Below, piece by piece: positions 1 through 10,096 of a stretch of 64,000 bases of DNA. Source of the DNA: Guillardia theta CCMP2712 (Eukaryota > Protista > Cryptophyta). Each line of letters starts with the position of its first letter. The stretch's first letter is position 1. A program made the position numbers and the translations under genes. The stretch lies in contig NW_005434670.1 of assembly GCF_000315625.1 (NCBI RefSeq), positions 620,016-684,015 on the forward strand, written 5' to 3'. The notes beneath the pieces are model-generated. The model searched no databases. It saw only the letters and a list, made by a program, of their open reading frames with translations, and had not been told where the DNA came from.

Positions 1-1844
1 TGCTCAAGGTTGGGGGAAGGGGGGAGGGGAAGGGGAGAGAACTCACCTTGTGCAGATGCTCGGGGGGGAGGAGGAGCGAGCGACTGAGAGCGAGAAGCAG
101 ATAGATGTCATCCGGGTGAGTGGCGAGCAAGGGGGAGGGAAGGCGGAGGGATCCAAGAGGAGAGAAGGGGAGGAAGAGATCTGGGCACAGAGTAAACAGC
201 AACTGCAAGGGGATAGCGGGCGAGCAGAGAGAGAGAGGAGGCAGGAGGGGGGGCCGCACTGAGAGGATGAGCAGAGGGAAAACTCGGAGCTCAGCTCGAC
301 CTTGTCGCTCAAGGAGAAGGAGATCTCGGACATGTCAAGGACCTTGACTGAGGCTCAAGGGGAGCTCGCGAAGGTAACGAGGAGGCAGGAGGGGAAGATG
401 GTGGTGGCAGGGAGGAGGAAGTGGGAGGGGGGGGGGTAGAATTGGGACGGTGGAAGAGGGGGGAGGGGGGAGGTTGCTGACAGCAAGAGGAGGAGATTGT
501 AGAAGGGAGCAGGAGAGGTCACGGTGGGGGCGCAGGTTTCGATGAGGATGCAAGCTGAGGCCAACGAGGCGGCAAGGCTGAAGACAGAAGTTGAAGCGCT
601 ACAATACAAAGTGGTGGGTCCGGTCGAGAAAGAGAAGGGGGGGGGGGGGGGGGGAGGAAGAGAGGAGGGAGAGGGATTGAGGTGTGGGACAAAGCGTCGG
701 GAGCACAACCATTGAAGATCTGTCGAGCAAGCTAGACAAACAAACGCGGTGAAAAGGAGGAGGAGGTCGGGTACTGGGCGGAGGACTGTAGCTCAGAGCA
801 CGAGGGCAGGTCCATCATCATAAGGGGAAGGCGACCAGCGTGTGCTCGAGACTTCCTGCTGACTCCGGCAGGTGCGCGGAAGCTTCTTGCTCTGTCCTCG
901 CCCTTCCCATCCTCGGACCTCAGTCACACCATGACCATGTTGATCGCCTCCGATGCCTTAGAGGCCTACCTCCTGCGGGACCCTGCCTTCCTCGGCTCCA
1001 GCTCACCTGGGCTCGACGGGGAGTGGCTGCCCCCCTGCCTTCAGTTCGGCAAGGTCTGGCGGAGGACAAGCAGGGAGCTCGTGCTCTCCTATTACCCCTC
1101 CTTGCTCAGCAACCACTACCTCTCTTCCATCTATGGCGTGCAGCTTCCCCCAGCATCCGACGCCTCNNNNNNNNNNNNNNNNNNNNNNNNNNNNNNNNNN
1201 NNNNNNNNNNNNNNNNNNNNNNNNNNNNNNNNNNNNNNNNNNNNNNNNNNNNNNNNNNNNNNNNNNCTAGGGCCCATCTCTCTTTCCTTCTTGCATGATA
1301 TCCAGTAGTCTTCTTCGTTTTCAATTCCTTTCTCCTCCACCTTTTTCTTCGCCTCCTCTTCCTGGATTGAAAGTTACTCGGAGCAGGCAGCGACATCAAG
1401 CCTGTAAGGATGGGGAGGGAGGAGGACGCGAACGTTTCCAGCATCTTCTCCAGTCCGTTGCGATTCAGCCCCCCTAGCAGGCGAGAGAGGCGGAGCAGCG
1501 AAGGTACTTTCCTCATCCCTTTCCTCTTCTCCCTCCTGCTGCTCCTCTTCCCCTTCTCTCTCCCTCTCTCTCTCTGCCCTTGTCTCCCCCCTGTCACTCT
1601 CACTCTCACTCTCACTCTCGCGCTCCTCCTCCCCTTCTCTTTCTCCCTTCTCCCCCTCCTCTTTGCCACGGCTCGTGGTGTAACTCCCGGAGCAGAAGGG
1701 AAGCCGCTCGGAGCGGTCTCCTCCCCTGAGGTCCAGCGGTTCTCAAGGTTCCTCTCAGACAAGGAAGTCCTCTCCTCCTCCTCTACGAGTGAGCGCAGGC
1801 AATCTGATTCCTCCACTCACTCGCCTTGTGCTAGCAGGACGTGA
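1..1844 (+). CDS. Multi-exon hypothetical coiled-coil protein, 3' part (interrupted by scaffold gap; may be two genes)
   Basis: GT..AG-bounded purine-rich introns alternate with E/K/R-rich exons (e.g. MQAEANEAARLKTEVEALQYK); the last exon starts after the acceptor at 1695 and stops at 1844. No recognisable domain. Confidence 0.4.
1167..1266. other. Assembly gap (100 N)
   Basis: Run of N. Confidence 1.
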
Positions 1845-3898
1845 AGGTGAAGGTCCCAGGAGGTAGACTGGAAGGCTGAGGCAAGGTAGGACGGCTAGGG
1901 GGAGAGTCCGGGAGCGTGCAGAATGAGGGAGTAAAGGAAGACGAGGAGGAGGAGGAGGAGGGAGCCAGGGGAGGTCGAAGAGAGGAGGTGAAAGAGTAAG
2001 CGGCATGTCATTAAATTAATCATTCACAAGCATCATATCAATAAACAATCGTATTCACATCTCTCTCCCTCCTCAGGTCGCCCCGGTGCTCCCCAGCGGC
2101 CCCCCGAGCAGGTCGCACAGCAAGTGGATGTTGGCGACGTACCCAGGGGCCTGCTGAGGCCCGAGCCCGTTGGGCCCACCGTCGGCCGAAGGCACTCCAG
2201 TAGGAAGAGGAAGAGACACTGGGGCCCTCCCCTGCCGCTGCTCGTCAGCTCCAGCTGGGCAGGACGAGAGGAGGATTACCTTGTCGTTGCCCGGTAGGTT
2301 CCGGTCAGACCCGACGGAGAGGATGCCGCGGTTGTCGAGGGAGTGTGCCCTGAGGGAAAGTGAGGAGGAGCAGCAAAACGAGAGGACGAAGGGGGTTGAG
2401 AAAGAACAGAGAAGAGCAGGCAGACAGAGCTCCTGACTGACTGACTGACTGACTTACTTACTGACTGACTGACACAAGAGAGAGGGAGAGAGAGGACAGA
2501 AGGAGAAGGGAAGGACGGAAGGGGAGAACAAGGAAAGAGAAGGATGGTAACAGGGGATCGCAACCTGAACTGTGAGGAGAACGATCCGTCCGATGCCGAC
2601 AGGCCGCCGCCATGGGAGCCAGAACCGTGGATGGAGCTGAAGGGTGGGCGCATGAAGCTCATGGGGTGAGGGAGCCCTTGGCCAGGAGGCAGCTGAGCAG
2701 GGTTGGCGTATCCTCTGAAGGGCTGCAAGGATGGAAACGGATCCATCTGCCGACTCGCGCTCGCTCCTGCCATGCTCCCTCCCCCGTAGCCGCCGGAAAG
2801 GGAAGCCGCTCGGAGCGGTCTCCTCCCCTGAGGTCCAGCGGTTCTCAAGGTTCCTCTCAGACAAGGAAGTCCTCTCCTCCTCCTCTACGAGTGAGCGCAG
2901 GCAATCTGATTCCTCCACTCACTCGCCTTGTGCTAGCAGGACGTGAAGGTGAAGGTCCCAGGAGGTAGACTGGAAGGCTGAGGCAAGGTAGGACGGCTAG
3001 GGGGAGAGTCCGGGAGCGTGCAGAATGAGGGAGTAAAGGAAGACGAGGAGGAGGAGGAGGAGGGAGCCAGGGGAGGTCGAAGAGAGGAGGTGAAAGAGTA
3101 AGCGGCATGTCATTAAATTAATCATTCACAAGCATCATATCAATAAACAATCGTATTCACATCTCTCTCCCTCCTCAGGTCGCCCCGGTGCTCCCCAGCG
3201 GCCCCCCGAGCAGGTCGCACAGCAAGTGGATGTTGGCGACGTACCCAGGGGCCTGCTGAGGCCCGAGCCCGTTGGGCCCACCGTCGGCCGAAGGCACTCC
3301 AGTAGGAAGAGGAAGAGACACTGGGGCCCTCCCCTGCCGCTGCTCGTCAGCTCCAGCTGGGCAGGACGAGAGGAGGATTACCTTGTCGTTGCCCGGTAGG
3401 TTCCGGTCAGACCCGACGGAGAGGATGCCGCGGTTGTCGAGGGAGTGTGCCCTGAGGGAAAGTGAGGAGGAGCAGCAAAACGAGAGGACGAAGGGGGTTG
3501 AGAAAGAACAGAGAAGAGCAGGCAGACAGAGCTCCTGACTGACTGACTGACTGACTTACTTACTGACTGACTGACACAAGAGAGAGGGAGAGAGAGGACA
3601 GAAGGAGAAGGGAAGGACGGAAGGGGAGAACAAGGAAAGAGAAGGATGGTAACAGGGGATCGCAACCTGAACTGTGAGGAGAACGATCCGTCCGATGCCG
3701 ACAGGCCGCCGCCATGGGAGCCAGAACCGTGGATGGAGCTGAAGGGTGGGCGCATGAAGCTCATGGGGTGAGGGAGCCCTTGGCCAGGAGGCAGCTGAGC
3801 AGGGTTGGCGTATCCTCTGAAGGGCTGCAAGGATGGAAACGGATCCATCTGCCGACTCGCGCTCGCTCCTGCCATGCTCCCTCCCCCGTAGCCGCCGG
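1696..3898. repeat. Direct tandem duplication, 2 x 1101 bp (1696-2796 and 2798-3898)
   Basis: Identical ORFs recur at offset 1102 (1755/2857, 2170/3272); no differences seen by eye. Confidence 0.95.
2433..2473. repeat. (GACT)n microsatellite in an intron (second copy ~3535-3575)
   Basis: ctgactgactgactgactgacttacttactgactgactgac. Confidence 0.9.
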
Positions 3899-6725
3899 CA
3901 TTTCCTGCCTGCCCTGCCATGATTCCTCCTCCCCCTGCCCCCTGCATCGCCTGCGGTATTCCGCTGCCAATCGCCCGATTCGCATCCCGAGCCCCCCAGC
4001 CCGGATGCTGCAGCAAAAGCAGCGTCACAAGAGCACGTGGGAGGGAGCAGGCTCACCTGAAGTCCAGCTGGAATCTGCTGTGGTGGCCAGTCTCCTCCCC
4101 CCTCGTCGTCGCTGCTCTCGCTGTCGAACCCTTCATTCGCGTTGTGCGCTGCTTGACTGTCGTGTGTCGCGACTTGTCCTGCGTGCTCGCTACGGTGCAG
4201 CTGAGCCGCCAGGTCCGACATGGCAGCGCTGCTGCGGTTGTTGCTGGGCGCTTGATGCATCTACGAGAGGAGCTGTGAGGAAGGAGCAGACAAAGAGAGC
4301 AGGGGAGGGGGTGCGGGGACAAGATTTACAAGTTGAAGTGCAACAGAGACATCGGAGGAGGAGGACAGCTCGCCAGCTGGTGGAGTGCTGAGGGAGAAGG
4401 AGACGGCAGGTTACCTGCATCTGATGCACGTTGAAACCCAGCGCAGAGCTCGAGACCTGCTGGGCGTTAGGGACGAGGCTGCAGGGAGGTTGACCGCCCT
4501 CACCGGCACTCCCGCACGAGCCGCCGGGAGCGGATATGAGGCGGCAGGGTGGAAGTTGCCTGTACCGGACCCGCCATTTTGTAGCCCAGTCATGACGGAG
4601 GAAAGAACTTTCTCGCGAACGTGCGCGGGGACTTTCTCCAAGCTAGCTCGCACCATGTTGGACAAGTGCTCGATGGAGAAGCTCTCCTCCCCAACAGCAG
4701 GCAGGGTCAGCCCTTGATCCAACAGTTTCCTGCCCTCCCCCCCAACGCCCTTCGACTTGTCCTCACCCTGCTCCACCCTCGCATCATGCACGAGTTGACG
4801 AGGAGCACCGTTGTCTCTGTGGATCATCGGAGGAAGATTCTCTTGCCATCCTGCAGAAAGGCTGGCCTGGCTCCCATCTTCCACCGACCTGGTCCTCGCA
4901 TTTCTACCGTTCGCAGCACCTGCATCAGCACCGTCGAACGCATCCTGCTTGCGTTTCTTCCCCTTGCCCGCACCCTTGTCCTCCTTCCTCGATCTCTTGG
5001 GCGCCTGCCTGTCCTCGGGCGAAGCGTCTCTACCATCGAAGTCATCCTCCATGTCAGACTCCGGGCTGAGGCTGCCATCAATCTCGAAGATGCCATCGTT
5101 CATGGCCCGAGCTGGCGACTGGTCCGAGGTCGGCTGCACGTGCACCAGCTCTGAGTTCACAAGATATGTCGGGTTGAGCATCACCCTCAGCTTCAGGATC
5201 AGAACATTGATCGCTTCCATCCTCAGCATCGCCTGACTCTGCGGCGTCTGCCCGTACTCCATCATCTTCGAGTCGATCAGCGCCAGGGACTTGTTGGCAC
5301 TCAGAAGCTTCCTGTGCGGCCATCGAATGATGCCGTGACGGCGACAAATCTTCTTGATCGCCGACATGCACAGTCCCAAACGATCGGCAGCCTGGTCAGC
5401 CGACATGTCGAAGTACTTCGCCAGCTCCTCGTAGAGCAGCGGTTTAGTTTGTGACCTGAACTCCCCCCGATACTGCTCCTCCACACGCACCCTCACCACC
5501 GATGTGTTGGGCTCCCGAGCTCGTATGTTCCCCTCCACAGCATTGCTGTCTCCCGACAGCATCTTGAGGTACGAATGGGCAAAGGTGTCCCCTTCCTCGA
5601 ACGCTCGCATCGGGTAGTGCTTGCCCTTCTCCTCCGTCTTCATCATCATATCGCACCTTCCTTTCACCACGATGAACCACACAAAGTCCGTGTCGCTGGG
5701 GCCCTTGATCGGCGATTCTCCATCATGCAACGTCATGTGCTGCATCGACCGGCAGATCGCCTCTCGTGCGGTAGTGGAGACGTACTTGAAAAACGGTAGC
5801 CTTTTTGAGAACTTGATGATGTTCTCAACATCGGCTTCTGACCTCTTGTCAGGTGCGACCTCCAGCGAAGTCTTGGCACTCTCCCACACCTTGGATGTTC
5901 CGGTTCGGGCCCGTCTCTGCGAGGAAGGCTTCCCGTTCTTGATGAATGAGAGGTTGGACTGCCCGAATCGCTGACAGACTTCTTGAAGGATATCGTTGGC
6001 AAGTGAGAATACAGTATTTTCAAGTTGTTCGTCGTAAGGAATCTTGGACCTGTACCATCGTTAGCCCATGAGGGAATGGACCATGGAAACTAGGATATGC
6101 CTGGAGTAGAATACAACAACTGAGACAACGTGCCCTTGTCTCGTTAAAGGAATGGCGTAACATGCCTTCAAGCCAGTCACCTGTATGACACAAGCGAACG
6201 TGTAAGATGCCTGCTCCTTCAGCTCGCAACTGCGCTCACCCTTGCTAGCTCTGAGCGAACGAAGAGGAGGTGAGGCAACACCGAAGCGTCTTCGTGCCAC
6301 TCTGTCTGCATAGTCTTCCACACGCGGCCAGGTATGCAGGCATACTGCACATCAATAAGTTCGTGTCCGTGAGGGAGCAAGGACGTTCAAAGGAGAGAAG
6401 GAAGCAAGGGGGTTGCAAACGGGATCTCTAACCTGCGGATAGTGAAAGTTCAGCGAGGCTTTATGGAAATCTTCGGCATTCGCATTGGCACAGTAGCATG
6501 CACCGCCATGTACCATGCATGTGTTGCCTGCGGGTCTGTAGGGCGAGAAGTCACTGAGAATGAAAAAGAACTCAAGCCTCTTACTTGAAGGCTTCCGCAT
6601 GCACAAAATCTCCTCGCATACAGACCTCCTTGAGTACCTGCGGAGCCAGCTATCAGCCTGCGAATGAACTAACTGTGCGCAGCTACCGAGTTTAAAATCG
6701 CTTCCAGTTGAGTATCGGCAGACAT
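3175..6725 (-). CDS. RWP-RK transcription factor with N-terminal GAF and cNMP-binding-like domains (NIT2/NLP-like)
   Basis: ATG at 6725 with an in-frame stop upstream. Spliced N-terminus MSADTQLEAILNSVLKEVCMRGDFVHAEAFKP...FHKASLNFHYPQYACIPGRVWKTMQTEWHEDAS...GLKACYAIPLTRQGHVVSVVVFYSR is GAF-like. KRSEADVENIIKFSKRLPFF...WFIVVKGRC...FEEGDTF is cNMP-like. YFDMSADQAADRLGLCMSAIKKICRRHGIIRWPHRK is RWP-RK. Low-complexity tail ends at TGA 3177-3175. Confidence 0.9.
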
Positions 6726-7129
6726 CTTGATCAGGCTCGTTCAAAAGTCCTGCCGCGACAAAAGGCTGGCAGCAGGCAGCGAAGTAGAAGTTCTGCGAAT
6801 AAAGGAGCAAATCCTTCTTGACAGAGCTATGACCAAGGGAAGGTCTAAAGCATCATTTCTTGACCATCATGGCTCACCAGTGCACGAATAAGAACGGCCT
6901 GGCGTTGAGAACTACCCACCACCTTACGGATTGATCCCAGGAAACACGAGATGACTTTGAGATGGTGGGAGGCAGCAATCTACGCTTCACAGAGCCTCTG
7001 TGTCACCATGCCATCTGCACTCTTCATGTTCAAGTCGTGTTTGGGTAATCCTCTTCCTTTCTCCCTCCTGTCGCCCTGCCCCTTACTTGCTCTCCAGCCT
7101 GCTCCGCCTCCTTCCCGCCATGCTGGCCA

Positions 7130-8070
7130 AACCCGAACCCTTCTCTATGACCCCCACCACCCCCTTCAACACTACCTACAGATCTAGCTACCCACCCATT
7201 CAACTTCTCCATTCAGTACCCTACCCAATCGAAATCCCCAAGTTTGATGCCACCCCCTCATAACCCCCAACAATACACCGGTGTTGGCAATGTATGCATC
7301 GCCTGGTAAAGACTTGGTACCCCACCCCATTCTGACTCTCATACCACCCCCTTCATTCCCAGATCGGTCTGGTTAACATCCCGTACTGACCCCACAAACC
7401 AAGCAAAATTAGAGGGCAGTGGACCAGAACCCCTACCCTTGTACCCACCCCACAATTTGATAAAAACCCTTGCCACCCCACCCTGGATCGCCTTCGATTC
7501 CATGACCACCTATGTACACCTTAACAAGCAAGCGAGCAAAATACAAATACGAGAGGACCCACCCTTTGGTTATCCACTGTCACTAGCACATGGATTATGT
7601 CACCCCTAAATCATATGCTAGAATGGCGTAGGGGTAATGACCACCCCAAGTGAGATACATCAAAACAGACTTCACAATACCACCCACCTTATTAACGTCC
7701 CGACTATTCGAGTGACTCTACTACCCCCTTTTGTAACCCACCCCATATGTTAACGCTTTCCTACCACCCCTTCAGAAAAATCGTAGGCTTGTAAACACAA
7801 CGATTGGAATATGTCAGTCCGCCTCGGAACAAAAAGACGCGAACATGTAGCTCTTCGACTGAACTCTCGTGGCTCTTTCAAGGGACACGAGTTTATACCT
7901 CTAGTGATGGTCCATCACCCCTACATTTTCCTACTTCTTGCAGACTGCACTGGGGTGGGTCTTGCAGGATGACCGTGGGTAGTAATTGCTGGTATGTACC
8001 AAAACACCCACCCCCAGAACCCTTTCTCCTTGTGAACGAGAGAGTAGGGTATAGTACCCTACCACGGAAC
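7130..8070 (-). promoter_or_regulatory. CCACCC/TACCC-rich tract (G-rich on the sense strand) upstream of the RWP-RK gene
   Basis: Roughly 18 CCACCC/TACCC words, mostly 30-60 bp apart; no credible ORF. Function is inferred from position only. Confidence 0.45.
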
Positions 8071-8129
8071 GGAGCTCAGGGAAGTTAAGACGCCTCAGGG
8101 CTTGGTAACGTGACAGTGACGAGTATGCG

Positions 8130-9950
8130 GTGTGCTGGGCCCCGCCGGGGCCGGGCGGCGGGGGCTGAGTGGCCTTGCCACCGCGCCCGGCGGCCGCGCC
8201 CGGCCGCTGACTCGGAGGCTCAGTGACCGTGAGTGACACGGCCTCGGCGTGACGGGCCGGGCAGCCTGGCGGCAGCTGCCGCTGTGCAGCGGAGCAACAG
8301 GCATTTGTGTTCTTCGTTCAAAGCAAACTTTTCACAAGTATCAAGTCTGCCATGAAGAAACGGAGGTCTGAAGCAGGTGGTGAAGGAGTATGATTGCGTA
8401 GAGGTACGTCACACCGTCTCGATTATCGCTTCTCATGGGATTGAAGGCTGAGAATCACCTGGTTTGGCATGAATGAAAAACTTGAGATTGATGCACATTG
8501 AATCTCGGCGGGATGTTCAGTGGAACAGGCAGCGTCTTCTTCCGACCGTCGGAGTTCAAGCCGCCTTCAACGGACCGGGATGACTGTCACTTACTCGGAA
8601 CTTCGGCCCGGGCCCGTTTAGGCCCGTCGGAGTCCGACCGTAGGGCCGCGGCGCCGCGCCGGGTGACCGCGGCCGCCGCGGACCGGGCCCCCGCCGCCCG
8701 GCCCGGCGGGCGCCGGCCGGCACGGTACCCGGTACTACGGTAGGGCCGTACGGGTCACCGGGGCCGCGGCCCGGCGTACCGTAAGTCTGAGTCCGTACCG
8801 GCCGCCGCCCCCGGGCGCCGGGAGCCTGGGCCCGGGCCGCGGCCGGCACTGGTCAGGATGACAGTACGGTCACCGTCGGCGGTAGCCTCCGAGTTGAAGT
8901 TCGGTTGAAGCGCCGGGCGCGGCCCGGCCTCAGTCCGATCGGCCCAGTCAGCCCGGCGCTGAGCGCCGCCGCGGCCCGGACTCACTGCCGCACGGCGGCC
9001 CCGGCGGCCGACCGTCGGCGTCGTGCCACGACGGTGACCGGGCGGCCGTCGTCCGACCGCCGCGCTCGGCGGCGGCCGGCCGGGCCCGCCATGACTCAAG
9101 TTAGTCAGCGGCCCCCGCCGCCACCGTCCGATCAGTGTCCGATCACCGGCCGGGCGGCCGCGGCCGCCCGGCGGCGGCCTGGACCCCAGTGACTGCCGGG
9201 TTTACCGCCGCGAGGCTCTGGCAAAGTCACGTAGTAAGGCACGTCGGAGGCTGAGTTACGGTACCGTAGTACCGGGTACCGTACCGTACTCAGCCACTAG
9301 TGACTGACTCAGTGAGTCGTTGGCAGTTCAACGGTTACCGTACTACTCAGCCTGCACTGCCACCTGATTGTCCGGGTGTCCGTCGAGCCTGTCCGATCCG
9401 ACCGTACTCGCTCCGATGCCGGTACGGGAGTCGCCGTCGGTTGGCTCGGCAGGCTGACTCTGTGGCCGGGCGTGAGCCGAGCCTCGGAGTCCCGACCGTC
9501 TCAGTCACCGTGCCCGGCCGCCAGTCCGTCGTCGGAGGCTCATACCGTACTGACAGGCTCCGCGTACGGTAGTACTGATTTGTAACAGGCTTAGGGGGCC
9601 TTGAACTTCACTGAGTCAAGTAAAGAAGCATGGTGGCCGGGCCGCGGCCTACGGCCCCGTAGCCGCCGGACTGTCTCACAGGCTGAACTTGACGTTGCGG
9701 AATCGGCGCGCGGCCCCCGGGCCGCCCGGCCCGCCGGGCCCGACTCCGATATGATCATGATACTACGGCCGGCGTACGGTACTACCCGTAGCAGCTCCCG
9801 GAGTCCGGCCCACCCCGGGCCGCGCCCCGGCGCGGCCAGCCTCGAGCCTGATCGGACGGTCCTCGACTCTCCTGATTTTCCTCGTACTGATTTTTAACTT
9901 AACTTTGAGTAAAACCCCAGGTCCGGACGGTGAGTCACTGGCAGTCCGAT
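8130..9950. other. GC/CpG-rich non-coding mosaic of short palindromes (CCGG, GGCC, CGGCCG, GGTACC, CGTACG, GACTCAGTGAGTC)
   Basis: Composition directly visible. Similar blocks at 11420-11900, 34350-34830, 41480-42030, 46470-47080 and 57970-58480. Confidence 0.7.
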
Positions 9951-10096
9951 AACTTTCAAGGATTTTTTTTAATTGTTTGAACTTCGGAATTGTTTGAAAA
10001 GTTTTTTTCCCGGCTCTATCTCGAGACCGGTACTACGGGTAAAGGTAAAGAGTAAAATATCGTCAAGTGACCGGCGGTCGCAATCCAATCGCCATC

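Noticed and set aside
7130-8070. Telomeric or interstitial telomere repeats
   Set aside because: No tandem CCCTAA/CCCTAAA units; the C-runs are dispersed among unique linkers.
8424-8435. U2 snRNA 5' end (ATCGCTTCTC)
   Set aside because: The match ends after ~10 nt; no branch-recognition sequence or Sm site follows.
8095-9897. Many R/P/G/A-rich ORFs in GC mosaics (also 11446-11812, 41498-41719, 46322-47245, 57951-58305)
   Set aside because: Stop-poor GC-rich sequence opens frames on both strands; no domains or splice structure.
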